41,809 bases of DNA. Source: Nitrospina sp. (lineage in GTDB: Bacteria > Nitrospinota > Nitrospinia > Nitrospinales > VA-1). Location of the stretch: the NCBI GenBank assembly GCA_018664975.1, contig JABIXH010000253.1, positions 1 to 41,809 on the forward strand, written 5' to 3'. The translations under genes and the position numbers were made by a program. The notes under the pieces are model-generated. The model was not told the DNA's origin and did no database searches. It worked only from the letters and a program-made list of their open reading frames with translations. This document shows positions 25,881 to 36,041 of the stretch, piece after piece; the first letter of the stretch is position 1, and every line of letters starts with the position of its first letter.

Positions 25881-26312
25881 CTAATTGTTGTCACGACGGA
25901 CCAATCGCACTGCATGGGAAATAGTTTTATCATTCTTACCGTACCAATAGGCGCAACCATTCATATAGAACAGGATTTGCGCTTCCTTGCCGCGAGTAGA
26001 TGAGGTCCAGGTGCAGTTCGCGGCACCAGGAGGGAATATGGAGTCGAGATGAATGTCGCCGCCCTTAACATCTTTATTTAATTTTTCCTTATCAAATATG
26101 GAGGATGCCTCATGAACGGTGGGGAGCCTCCAATCATCAAACCCACCCACTTTTTTTTCGTTGGTTTTTTTCAGGTATTCTTCTGCCTCTGCATAAGAAA
26201 CTTCTTTATCAAGATCCAGCCGCGAATCGTTTGCCATCCAGGTAACACTGGTCAGTGAATCGTAAATAGTTCCATCGTCTCTTTTTAAAAATCGTGATTT
26301 TTCGTTGCCCAT
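25881..26312 (-). CDS. DUF1566 (Lcl C-terminal-like) domain protein
   Basis: TWMANDS...SYAEAEEYL...GGFDDWRLPTVHE...WTSS...AVRLVR follows the DUF1566 pattern. SD GAGGAA lies upstream of the ATG. Confidence 0.6.
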   Translation of the reverse strand: MGNEKSRFLKRDDGTIYDSLTSVTWMANDSRLDLDKEVSYAEAEEYLKKTNEKKVGGFDDWRLPTVHEASSIFDKEKLNKDVKGGDIHLDSIFPPGAANCTWTSSTRGKEAQILFYMNGCAYWYGKNDKTISHAVRLVRRDNN

Positions 26313-26753
26313 TCTATTCCTCTTCAGTAATTAACAGAGCTCCTTTTCCCTCTTTTCGGGAGCCTAATATCTTTAGTTTTAACCTAATGGTTTTATTTTA
26401 ACCGATGCACCCACCATTTCAAATAGGGTTCCTGCCTAAACCTCTCATCTTGTAAAAATATATTTTTCCAGACGACTAAATTGTACATAAATATTTACAT
26501 CTTGGAAGGTCGGGAGTTGTATTATTGCATTCCTACCCTTGAAAGTTTTGTTATTTTTCTCCTTCCAAAAAAATAGGGAACGTTTTGTAGCATCACTTTG
26601 TTATCAAAAATTCATTTTCACAAAAAAGTTTTTATCTTGCACCCGAATTTTTTTGTAAAAATCAGAATGTAATAAAGACATTCTGCGATTTATGGGTACA
26701 ATTATAAGTAAGCCGATTATTCCTTTGGGGAAAGAAAAAAGGCAGAAATAACT

Positions 26754-29174
26754 ATGTCCATATTTTCAACTTTTCGAAACATATTTATAATTATTGTTGC
26801 TCTGTTTAGCCTGGTCAGTTTTTCAGTTTACAAAATGAATATCCTGGAAAGAGCCCACGATAATGCTTTAGCCCAGCAGGAAGAATTGAAGGAAATAGGG
26901 GAACAACTGGCTAGAGGTTCTGATTATTTAACGAGTGAAATTCGTCGCTATGTTCAATTTGGAAATCGGATACATCATGACAATTTCTGGAATGAGGTGC
27001 GTATTATCCAGTCCCGCGACAAAGCTGTTGAAAGACTGAAGGAGCTTAAGGTGTTGCCGGAAGAATTGGCATATATCGAAAGGGCCAAAGGGTTTTCGGA
27101 CAATTTAATTAAAACAGAAGAAAAGGCTATGGCCGCAGTAGCACGAAATGATTTTGACGAATCAAGAAGGCTGGTATTTGGAAAATATTATGATGAGCAA
27201 AAGGGCTTGATCATGGGAAACATAAAAACCTTTCAGGCCATTGTTAATGCCCGTGCGCAAGCCATGACACAACATTTTCATGATCAAAGGTCCTTCTTCA
27301 TGATGCTCACGAATCTTCTCCTATTGGTTTCTGGAGTCCTTGTTTTATTTCTTGTATACAGCATCGGAATCAGGCGCCTTCTCAATCCGCTTAAATATTT
27401 AACCCATATCATGCAAGAACTTGTAAGAGGCCATCTGAATACTCCAATTCTGGTATCGAATAAAAGGGATGAGATGTCTGAAATGGGTCAAGCACTTCAA
27501 GTTTTTAAAGAAAACGCTATCAACAAAAATAAGGCTGAACTGGAACTTGCAAAAGTCAACAAGTCCAGAAGCCTTATTCTGGAATCCGTTGGGGAGGGAA
27601 TTTTTGGACTGGATCTGGGTGGCAAGGTGACTTTTCTCAATCCCATGGCGGAAGAACTATTGGGATATTCATTTGAAGAATTGAAAGACCAACCCATCCA
27701 TTTAATGATTCACCATTCCAAGGCAGACGGAACGCCCTACCCTATTGAAGATTGCCCTATTTATCATTCATTTCGTGATGGTGAAGTTTATAGTGGCGCG
27801 GATGAAGTGTACTGGCGGAAAGATGAATCAAGCCTTCCTGTTGATTTTACTAGCACACCTATCTATGAAGAAGGAATGCTTACCGGTGCAGTCGTGGTTT
27901 TCAAGGATATTTCCGAATATAAGCGTGCAGATGAAGTGCTAAAGCAGATTGTTGTGGGTACCTCTGCGGCTACTGGTGATGAGTTTTTAAAGTCACTGGT
28001 CAAGAACCTGGCAACATCTCTCAGGGTTAAATACGCCTTCATTGGAGAATTTAAAGATGGTCAACTGGAAAAAGCTTCAACCCTTGCTGTATGGGCGAAT
28101 GGAGAACTGGCTGAGAACTTTGACTATAGTTTAAGGGATACCCCCTGCAGAATTGTGGCAGAGGGTAAAGTTTGTCACTACCCGAATAACGTTCAGAAGC
28201 TTTTTCCTAAGGATCAGCTATTGTTTGATATGGGAGTCGAAAGCTATCTGGGTGTGCCGGTGTATGATAAAGAAAAAAAATGCAACGGACTTTTAGTGGT
28301 TATGCATGACATGGAAATATCAAAAAGCATCAACCCCGAGGCTATTGTGCAAGTATTTGCTAACCGAATCGAAGCCGAACTGGAACGTCACAAAGCAGAG
28401 ATGGAACTGGAAAATCACCTTGAAGACCTTGAAAAACTGGTCGGGGTACGTACAGCCGCCTTGGAAAAGAGCAACCAGAATCTCAGTGATTTTGCTTTCA
28501 TAGCCTCGCATGATTTACAGGAACCTCTTCGTAAAGTGAGTATATTGGGGGACAGGTTGAAGGATTTAAATACGAGTTTAGACGAGGAAAGCTGTGATTA
28601 TATCAATCGTATGCAGATCGCAACATTACGGATGCATGATTTAATTAATGACTTGCTTATTTACTCCAGACTAACCATCGAGGACTCTCCATTTGTAAAG
28701 TTTGAATTAAATCAAATCATTGAAGACACTTTGTCAGACCTTGAGACCCGGATTTCCGAAACCCGAGGAACCATAAATGTAGCCAAATTGCCAGACATAG
28801 AGGCGGACCCAGTCCAAATGCGTCAGTTGTTTCAAAACCTGATCAGCAATGCATTGAAATACCGTAAAGAGGGTATTGATCCTGTTATCAATATTTCTTC
28901 CCCAAGTGGTGATAATGGAGATGTAACTATAAATATTGAAGATAACGGTATTGGATTTGATGAAAAATTTAAGGATAAAATTTTTCAACTCTTTCAACGA
29001 TTGCATGGAAAAAATGAGTACGAAGGAACCGGGATGGGCCTTGCGATCTGTAAAAGAATCATTGAACACCATAATGGAACCTTAACCGTTCATAGCACCC
29101 CCGGTACGGGGACAACCTTTACCATAAACCTGCCTAAGAAGCAGAGCATGATAACCCCTGACTCCGAAGCATGA
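26754..29174 (+). CDS. Membrane sensor histidine kinase (helical periplasmic sensor-HAMP-PAS-GAF-HisKA-HATPase)
   Basis: Two TM segments bracket a helical domain of about 160 aa, followed by HAMP, PAS (GIFGLDLGGKVTFLNPMAEELLGY) and a GAF-like region. H-box is FIASHDLQEPLRKV; ATPase boxes are NALKY and GTGMGLAICKRI. Confidence 0.85.
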   Translation: MSIFSTFRNIFIIIVALFSLVSFSVYKMNILERAHDNALAQQEELKEIGEQLARGSDYLTSEIRRYVQFGNRIHHDNFWNEVRIIQSRDKAVERLKELKVLPEELAYIERAKGFSDNLIKTEEKAMAAVARNDFDESRRLVFGKYYDEQKGLIMGNIKTFQAIVNARAQAMTQHFHDQRSFFMMLTNLLLLVSGVLVLFLVYSIGIRRLLNPLKYLTHIMQELVRGHLNTPILVSNKRDEMSEMGQALQVFKENAINKNKAELELAKVNKSRSLILESVGEGIFGLDLGGKVTFLNPMAEELLGYSFEELKDQPIHLMIHHSKADGTPYPIEDCPIYHSFRDGEVYSGADEVYWRKDESSLPVDFTSTPIYEEGMLTGAVVVFKDISEYKRADEVLKQIVVGTSAATGDEFLKSLVKNLATSLRVKYAFIGEFKDGQLEKASTLAVWANGELAENFDYSLRDTPCRIVAEGKVCHYPNNVQKLFPKDQLLFDMGVESYLGVPVYDKEKKCNGLLVVMHDMEISKSINPEAIVQVFANRIEAELERHKAEMELENHLEDLEKLVGVRTAALEKSNQNLSDFAFIASHDLQEPLRKVSILGDRLKDLNTSLDEESCDYINRMQIATLRMHDLINDLLIYSRLTIEDSPFVKFELNQIIEDTLSDLETRISETRGTINVAKLPDIEADPVQMRQLFQNLISNALKYRKEGIDPVINISSPSGDNGDVTINIEDNGIGFDEKFKDKIFQLFQRLHGKNEYEGTGMGLAICKRIIEHHNGTLTVHSTPGTGTTFTINLPKKQSMITPDSEA

Positions 29175-29215
29175 GCTACTAAATATTTAGAGAGCCTGGT
29201 TAACTAGTCCAGCAA

Positions 29216-29998
29216 CTAGCAGTAAAAATCTTCGCGACGGTCTTTGAAAATGTGGTTTTTTGAGGTAAGAAATTTTTCGCGGGCTTTTTCCAGATCGATT
29301 TCAACAACGTGAACCTCTACTTCTGTTTTGGATGCACGGATCAGGACATTGCCATCAGGATCTACCACCTGACTTTGTCCTATAAATTTTAGTGGCTCCA
29401 CCCGGTCTTCTATCCCGACCCGGTCAGCGGTGACCGCAAAGACCCGATTCTCCAGACAACGAGTAATCATTGCTTGCGGACAATGGGACAAGACTAAATT
29501 AGAGGGATGGGCTATCAGGTCGGCTCCCATAAGTGCCAGAGTTCTCGCGGTTTCAGGAAAGCGCCAGTCAAAACAAATCATAACCCCTACTTTTGCGTCA
29601 GCGATGTCAAATACCTGGAGTGGCAGGTTTCCCTGATGGAAGCAGGCTTTTTCTGTATCAAAGAGATGGATCTTGCGATATTTCCCGATATACCCATTGG
29701 GTCCAGTGATCACTGCTGAGTTGTATACTTTATCCTGGTCTATTTCTGCAAGGCCGGCAATGATATAGGCATCGATTTTCTTTGCGAGAGCAGTCAGGGC
29801 GCTGGTGGTCACTCCTCCAGGGACCAACTCTGCCAGGTTTCGGGACTCTTCCAAATCTTTGAACTGATAGCCGGTGGCAAAAAGCTCGGGAAGAACAAAC
29901 AAGTCAGCACTATGACCTTCGAGAAGGGCTTCAACCTCATCGAGGTTTTCCAATACACTTCCAAAAACGGGATTGTTTTGAACGAATCCAACTCTCAT
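29216..29998 (-). CDS. Carbon-nitrogen hydrolase (nitrilase superfamily)
   Basis: The Glu-Lys-Cys triad context is present: LFVLPELF, YRKIHLFD, VGVMICFDWRFPE. Confidence 0.85.
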   Translation of the reverse strand: MRVGFVQNNPVFGSVLENLDEVEALLEGHSADLFVLPELFATGYQFKDLEESRNLAELVPGGVTTSALTALAKKIDAYIIAGLAEIDQDKVYNSAVITGPNGYIGKYRKIHLFDTEKACFHQGNLPLQVFDIADAKVGVMICFDWRFPETARTLALMGADLIAHPSNLVLSHCPQAMITRCLENRVFAVTADRVGIEDRVEPLKFIGQSQVVDPDGNVLIRASKTEVEVHVVEIDLEKAREKFLTSKNHIFKDRREDFYC

Positions 29999-30022
29999 AG
30001 CAGGCTCAGTCCATTGAGAGGG

Positions 30023-31093
30023 TTAAGTCAATCGGGAAGTTTTGTTTCTCAAGAGATGGTCTACGAGGGTCAGAGCGACCATAGCTTCAGCAATAGGAAC
30101 AGCTCTAGGGGCAACACAGGGGTCGTGTCGGCCTTCAACGCGAATTTCAGATTTCTTTCCCTTTTGGTTGATGGTTTCCTGCGCTTTATTGATGGATGAG
30201 GTAGGCTTTACAACCAGTTTGACCACGATATCCATGCCATTGGAAATGCCACCTAGAATTCCCCCCGCATTATTAGTTTGGGTTGTCATTTTTTTGTTTT
30301 TCATGACGAATACATCATTGCATTCCGAACCGCTCATGGTGGCGGTTTCGAATCCCGCCCCAATTTCCACTCCCTTTACAGCGGGAATACTCATGACCCC
30401 TTTGGCCAGATCGGCATCCAGTTTATCGAAGACGGGTTCCCCTAATCCTGCGGGCACACCCTTGGCAACCACTTCGACGACACCTCCTAGTGAGTCCCCA
30501 TTTTTACGAGCCTGCATGATGGCCTCCACCATTTTTTCGGCGGTTTTCGAGTCCGGGCAACGCACGATATTTTTTTCTATTTCCTTGAAATTTATAGCTT
30601 CTGCTGTGTGGGGCCCGACTTGTCGGGTGAATCCGGTGACGGTAATTTTATCCCGGGCCAAAAGTTTTTTGGCGATAGCTCCAGCGGCGACTCTGCCAAC
30701 CGTTTCTCGGGCACTGGCCCGTCCCCCTCCCCGATAATCCCGAAATCCGTATTTCATATCATAGGTATAGTCTGCGTGGCCAGGACGATACAGGTGTTTA
30801 ATCAATTCGTATTTTGAAGAATCAGCATCTTTGTTGATAACCAACATTGAAATGGGGGTGCCTGTCGTCTTACCTTTAAAGACACCAGACATAATTTGGA
30901 TCTGGTCACCTTCTTTACGAGTAGTAGTGACTTTGCTTTGACCGGTTTTCCTGCGATCTAAATCTTTTTGAATGTCAGACTCTTTAAGCGACAAACCTGC
31001 GGGGCAACCTTCTACCACAACGCCGATTCCACTACCATGAGATTCGCCCCAGGTCGTGATTTTAAAAAGTTGTCCGTAAGAACTGCCAGCCAT
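30023..31093 (-). CDS. aroC: Chorismate synthase
   Basis: [16 protein letters not shown] and [10 protein letters not shown] signature blocks, 356 aa. Confidence 0.95.
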   Translation of the reverse strand: MAGSSYGQLFKITTWGESHGSGIGVVVEGCPAGLSLKESDIQKDLDRRKTGQSKVTTTRKEGDQIQIMSGVFKGKTTGTPISMLVINKDADSSKYELIKHLYRPGHADYTYDMKYGFRDYRGGGRASARETVGRVAAGAIAKKLLARDKITVTGFTRQVGPHTAEAINFKEIEKNIVRCPDSKTAEKMVEAIMQARKNGDSLGGVVEVVAKGVPAGLGEPVFDKLDADLAKGVMSIPAVKGVEIGAGFETATMSGSECNDVFVMKNKKMTTQTNNAGGILGGISNGMDIVVKLVVKPTSSINKAQETINQKGKKSEIRVEGRHDPCVAPRAVPIAEAMVALTLVDHLLRNKTSRLT

Positions 31094-31293
31094 AAATTTA
31101 AAAGTCCAATACTATGGTTTCTGCAGGAGCCTCTTCCAGATTGCAGAACGATTATTCGGGTAACTACAGATAAGGTATTGATACTAAAGGTTGTTTTTCG
31201 GAGAGGGCACTGTCAACCATATCAAAAGGCCCTGGTCAAGCGGTCCAAATATTGATGTAAATGGAATGATGGTTCTGTCTAAAAAATCTCGGA

Positions 31294-31596
31294 TCAGGAT
31301 TCCTGCTCTTGAGCTTTTTCATGCTCGTCCACCAGTTGCCTCAACTCTTTCCCCGCTTTAAAAAAAGGCACCTTCTTAGATGGAACATCTACTTTTTGTC
31401 CTGATTTTGGATTGCGTCCGACCCGGGCATTTCTTTGCCGAATCCGGAAACTTCCAAACCCTCTCAACTCGACTTTTTTACCTTCTGCCAACGAATCGGT
31501 AATACTTGAAAAAACAGTATTCACCACAACCTCAGTCTGTTTTTTTGTCAAGTTGATCTGGTTGGCTACTCTTTCAACAAGTTCTGCTTTAGTCAT
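31294..31596 (-). CDS. ihfB: Integration host factor beta-like subunit (HU/IHF family)
   Basis: MTKAELVERVA...LRGFGSFRIRQRNARVGRNPKSGQKV closely parallels IhfB. ATG 31596 has GGGGGGAG upstream; the track GTG 31614 is probably an over-extension. There is an acidic C-terminal tail. Confidence 0.85.
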   Translation of the reverse strand: MTKAELVERVANQINLTKKQTEVVVNTVFSSITDSLAEGKKVELRGFGSFRIRQRNARVGRNPKSGQKVDVPSKKVPFFKAGKELRQLVDEHEKAQEQES

Positions 31597-31837
31597 TAAA
31601 AAGTCTCCCCCCACCGGTAAACATTTTAACCGCTACTTTGAAAACGAATTCGGGGAAGTATATCATTAGCTGAAATTAAGTCAAGCCCAATATTTTAATG
31701 GGTTTACCCGTTTTTGAGGTCTGAATTTGGTACCCAAATAAATCAATTTAAGAGTCCAATGCCAGAAGATTCTATGACTTGAGTAAAGAGGGAGGGGTTA
31801 CTTTTTTTTATAGAAAAAGTTCAACAACTATCTGTTT

Positions 31838-32746
31838 TTATAGGGGGTTCCAGATATATTGGAGAAATGGGCCCGGAGAAGGGATTAAGCTTGCGGCTAG
31901 CCTGCCGGGAAATGAGCCTTGGAGAAGCCAGGCAAAAAAAGGAGTTTTTTCTTTTTCTTCAATGACTTTAGGCCTTCCTTGAACCCCAATTTTTTTTGCC
32001 AGGAGTTCTTTGGCTTTTTCAAGACCTCCCAATTCATCTACCAGTTTCAGCTCAAGAGCCTGCTTACCCGTCATGATTCTGCCATCAGCAATCATACTGA
32101 CCTCCGAAACGGGTAGTCCTCTACCCTTAGCAACGGCCTGAACAAATTGCTGATGCACATCGTCTACGACATTTTGTAATAGTTCCCGTTCTTCCGGTTT
32201 CATGGCTCGTAATGGCGAACCTACATCCTTGTATTTGCCACTCTTGATGATATCTGGCTTAATCCCAAATTTTTTAGTAAGTTCTTCGATATTGTTAAAA
32301 GCCATTACAGCGGAGATGCTTCCCGTTAAAGTACCGGGATTAGCAAGAACGTAATCTGCCGCACTAGCGATATAGTATCCACCCGATGCCGCCACCGTTC
32401 CCATAGAAGCATAAACCGTTTTTTGTTCGGCCCGCAGTTTCATAATTTCATTATAAATTTCTTGTGCCGGAGCAACGGCTCCTCCTGGAGAATCAATACG
32501 TAGCAGAATGCCTCGCACTTCTTTGTTATGGCGATAATCAGAGAGCTGGCGAACAATATCCTGAGAATCCATGAGCATTCCCTGAATATGGATCAAGGCA
32601 ATATCGCCTGAGGGAGTTTTCCAGCGATCCGGAATCAGAACAGAACCCATAGCTATCAAAACCACCAATATTAAGAGACCTGCGCAGAACCTAAATACAG
32701 ATCTCAAAAAGGATCTTTGAGGCTGGTTTGGAATCGTGTTTTCCAT
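31838..32746 (-). CDS. sppA: Signal peptide peptidase SppA, 36K type
   Basis: N-terminal TM segment, then DSPGGAVAPAQEIY and ASGGYYIASAAD serine-protease blocks. The first ATG is at 32746; the track start is TTG at 32752. Confidence 0.85.
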   Translation of the reverse strand: MENTIPNQPQRSFLRSVFRFCAGLLILVVLIAMGSVLIPDRWKTPSGDIALIHIQGMLMDSQDIVRQLSDYRHNKEVRGILLRIDSPGGAVAPAQEIYNEIMKLRAEQKTVYASMGTVAASGGYYIASAADYVLANPGTLTGSISAVMAFNNIEELTKKFGIKPDIIKSGKYKDVGSPLRAMKPEERELLQNVVDDVHQQFVQAVAKGRGLPVSEVSMIADGRIMTGKQALELKLVDELGGLEKAKELLAKKIGVQGRPKVIEEKEKTPFFAWLLQGSFPGRLAASLIPSPGPFLQYIWNPL

Positions 32747-32789
32747 AATCAAATCTCTGGACCCTTGCGGGTCCAGAGCTCATCAAAGT

Positions 32790-34493
32790 TTACTCTTCAT
32801 CTTTAAAGTCTTCCAGATCTACCTGTTCCTTTTCGATTTGCGAAATGTCGAGGTTTTCCTGAAAGGCTTTAATGCTTAAAGCAATCTTTTTGTTAGTAGT
32901 ATCCACTTTGATTACCTTTGCTTTGATATCATCGTCTACTTTCACAGCAGATTCGGGATCAGTAATTTTTTCCGAACTGAGTTGTGAAACATGGATCAAA
33001 CCTTCCAATCCATCGCCAAACTCTGCAAAAGCACCGAACCCGGTTACCTTGATGATCTTGCCTTCGACTTCGGTACCAATAGGATAATTGGCCGCGATAT
33101 CATTCCATGGATCAGGTTGTAACTGTTTAACACCAAGGGAAATCCGACAATTCTCTTTATCGATGCTGAGGACTGCTGAAGTAATTTTATCCTTTTTCTT
33201 CAAGACTTCCGAAGGATGCTTGATTTTTTTCCAACTCAAATCGGAAATATGAATCAGGCCATCCACACCGTCCTCCAACTCAACAAAAGCTCCAAAGTCG
33301 GTCAGGTTTCGAACCGTGCCCTCAACTTCAGTACCAATGGGATACTTATCTTCAATCTTTTCCCATGGGTTAGGTTCAATTTGTTTCATTCCGAGGGAAA
33401 TCCGTTTTTTATCTTTATCGAGAGTCAGCACGATGGCTTCCACTTCGTCCTCAATCGAAACAATTTTGCTCGGGTGTTTGACATGGCGGCTCCAGCTCAT
33501 TTCAGAAATGTGGACCAATCCCTCGATACCTTTTTCTAGTTCCACGAACACTCCATAATCTGTGATGCTGACCACTCTTCCTTTGATTTGGGTATTGACC
33601 GGATATTTGTTATCAACATCCACCCAAGGATCGGCACTGGTTTGTTTGAGTCCCAGTGAGACGCGCTCCTTGTCTTTGTCATATTTGAGAACCATAACGG
33701 TAACTTTGTCCCCAATGGAAAACATTTCGGAAGGATGATTGACCCGGCCCCAGGACATGTCCGTAATATGAAGCAGGCCGTCAATTCCGCCCAGATCAAT
33801 GAACACTCCGTATTCAGTGATATTTTTAACAATACCCTCAATGAGGTTACCCTCACCCATTTTCTCCAGAGTCCCTTCGCGAAGTTGCTTGCGCTGCTCT
33901 TCAAGAAGAATTCTCCGCGACAGAACAATATTTCCGCGTTTTTTATTCATCTTGATGATTTTCATGTCAAACTTTTCGCTAATCAGTTTTTCCAGATTTC
34001 GAATCGGGCGCAAGTCGATTTGTGAACCCGGCAAGAATGCTTTAAGTCCGATATCAACGGTCAATCCGCCTTTGGCTTTGGCAACCACCACACCTTGAAT
34101 GATTTCATCGGCTTCATAAGTCTTGACCAGATCGTCCCAGATTTTAATTTTATTAGCCTTCTCTTTGGACAAGACGACATTGCCATGGTTGTCTTCGACC
34201 TTTTCAAGAAAGACCTCAACCTCTTCATCAACTTGCAGGTTCTTGCCGTTTTCAGGGAATTCGGAAAGCGAGACCAGTCCTTCCGACTTAAAACCTACGT
34301 CGATGGTGGCTAGCCCATTGGAGATGGCAATTACCTTTCCCATAATAATCTGCGAAGCCTTGAAGCGGCCCAGGCTGTCGTTAAAATATTCTTCCATCTC
34401 TTCATAGGCCGTGACCTGGCTGGGAGTTAAATCCTCCAGTTCCGCCTTGTCATCATTTTCCATTTGCTCTAGTAATTCTTTGGATATTTTCAT
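32790..34493 (-). CDS. rpsA: 30S ribosomal protein S1
   Basis: Six S1 repeats (G.V....D.G.FV.L..G..GL.H.S). The first ATG is at 34493; the track start is GTG at 34499. Confidence 0.95.
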   Translation of the reverse strand: MKISKELLEQMENDDKAELEDLTPSQVTAYEEMEEYFNDSLGRFKASQIIMGKVIAISNGLATIDVGFKSEGLVSLSEFPENGKNLQVDEEVEVFLEKVEDNHGNVVLSKEKANKIKIWDDLVKTYEADEIIQGVVVAKAKGGLTVDIGLKAFLPGSQIDLRPIRNLEKLISEKFDMKIIKMNKKRGNIVLSRRILLEEQRKQLREGTLEKMGEGNLIEGIVKNITEYGVFIDLGGIDGLLHITDMSWGRVNHPSEMFSIGDKVTVMVLKYDKDKERVSLGLKQTSADPWVDVDNKYPVNTQIKGRVVSITDYGVFVELEKGIEGLVHISEMSWSRHVKHPSKIVSIEDEVEAIVLTLDKDKKRISLGMKQIEPNPWEKIEDKYPIGTEVEGTVRNLTDFGAFVELEDGVDGLIHISDLSWKKIKHPSEVLKKKDKITSAVLSIDKENCRISLGVKQLQPDPWNDIAANYPIGTEVEGKIIKVTGFGAFAEFGDGLEGLIHVSQLSSEKITDPESAVKVDDDIKAKVIKVDTTNKKIALSIKAFQENLDISQIEKEQVDLEDFKDEE

Positions 34494-34516
34494 GACCACC
34501 AGATTCTCACTTTCTT

Positions 34517-35176
34517 TCAGGTTGGGTTGTTTATATTTTTCAAAACTTGATCTGTAACTTCGTCAATGCTTAATTGAGTGGTGTCGACTTCCAGAGCATC
34601 TTCTGCTCTGACCAGAGGAGAAATCTTTCGATTACAGTCCTCATAGTCACGTTGTCGAATTTCCTCGATAATAATTTTCAAATCCAATTCCGGATTTTTA
34701 GATTTCAGTTCCTCATATCGCCGCCGCCCACGCTCTTCCGCATCGGCAACAAAAAAGAATTTCTTATCAGACTGGGGAAATACCACGGTCCCAATGTCTC
34801 GGCCATCCATTACCACATTGCCCATCTCTCCGATCTGACGTTGTCGGGCTACCAGCACCTCACGAACCGTCTCCTGCGCGGCAACTGTTGCGGCCCCTTT
34901 GCCCACTACTTCATTTTTTAAATAGCTTGTCGCGTTTTCGCCATCCACCAGAACAGATTGCCCCTTCGCACTTGGAACAAATTCTATCTTCAAGTTTTCG
35001 GCAATCTTTGCCATCGCTGTTTCATCAGCGAGGTCCATGCCGTTTTTCTGGGCCACCCAGGCCACAGACCGATACATGGCACCGGTATCGATGTAGCGGT
35101 AGTTCAGCTTTTTGGCGACTAATTTTGCGACAGTACTTTTTCCACTGCCTGCTGGTCCATCGATGGCAATAATCAT
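34517..35176 (-). CDS. cmk: Cytidylate kinase
   Basis: IAIDGPAGSGKSTVAK P-loop and YIDTGAMYR motif. Confidence 0.9.
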   Translation of the reverse strand: MIIAIDGPAGSGKSTVAKLVAKKLNYRYIDTGAMYRSVAWVAQKNGMDLADETAMAKIAENLKIEFVPSAKGQSVLVDGENATSYLKNEVVGKGAATVAAQETVREVLVARQRQIGEMGNVVMDGRDIGTVVFPQSDKKFFFVADAEERGRRRYEELKSKNPELDLKIIIEEIRQRDYEDCNRKISPLVRAEDALEVDTTQLSIDEVTDQVLKNINNPT

Positions 35177-35180
35177 TCCC

Positions 35181-36041
35181 TCAAATCACCTTGAGCCGGT
35201 AATTGTTTGCGGCTATAAATTCATTTTTTAAAGTTTGTCCGTCTCCCTTTTCGATAATGCTACGGATTTCATCCAATTTAATTTGAAACTGGTCGATCAG
35301 GTCCAGCGAATGGCTACGATTGGAAAGGCATATGTCTCGCCACATAACCGGGTCACTGGAAGCGATCCTGGTGATGTCTTTCAGCCCCGCTCCCGAAAAT
35401 GCAGTGACTTCAAGGTTGTCCTTGGTTCTCAAAGCCCCGAGCGTGTTCATCAGTGCATAAGCTACGATGTGGGGCAAATGGCTCACCGCACCAAAAATAA
35501 AATCATGTTCCTCTGCAGACAACTTAATGACATTCATGCCCACTGCCTGCCAGAGAGCACAGATTTTTTCCAGAGCTTTTTTATTGGTTTTTTCGGTCGG
35601 GGTCACAATGCATTTAGCGTCCTGATACAAATCCGCATAGGAAGCTTCCAAACCAGAGTTTTCACCTCCAGCGATGGGGTGCGACCCGATAAAAACACCT
35701 TCAGGAATCAGTTTGTCCGCTTCTGAGACGACAGGGTCTTTCACCGAGCCGACGTCGGTAATCAGAGTCCCAGGTCGGATTTCTGAAATCATATTTCTAA
35801 TCAGCGGAACAATGGTGGCAACTGGCGTACACAAAACAATCAGGTCCGCATCAGCCACCGCATCAGATAGATCGGTGCAACAATGATCGATGATTTTTAA
35901 GGACCTGGCTTTTTCCAGGTTTTCCCAGCTTCGGCCAAATCCCGTAATCTCTTCAACAAGACCTCGTTCCTTACAGGCCTTGGCCAAAGAGGCACCCAAC
36001 AAGCCAACGCCGATCACCGTCATTTTTCTGAATAGCTTCAT
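35181..36041 (-). CDS. tyrA: Prephenate (arogenate) dehydrogenase
   Basis: Rossmann N-terminus VIGVGLLGASLA, then GSHPIAG and SHLPH motifs. ATGA overlap with the pheA stop. Confidence 0.85.
   Translation of the reverse strand: MKLFRKMTVIGVGLLGASLAKACKERGLVEEITGFGRSWENLEKARSLKIIDHCCTDLSDAVADADLIVLCTPVATIVPLIRNMISEIRPGTLITDVGSVKDPVVSEADKLIPEGVFIGSHPIAGGENSGLEASYADLYQDAKCIVTPTEKTNKKALEKICALWQAVGMNVIKLSAEEHDFIFGAVSHLPHIVAYALMNTLGALRTKDNLEVTAFSGAGLKDITRIASSDPVMWRDICLSNRSHSLDLIDQFQIKLDEIRSIIEKGDGQTLKNEFIAANNYRLKVI

Noticed and set aside
30042-30737. 231-aa + strand ORF.
   Set aside because: It is antisense to aroC, which has unmistakable chorismate synthase motifs.
35235-35726. 163-aa + strand ORF.
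   Set aside because: It is antisense to tyrA and has no motifs.
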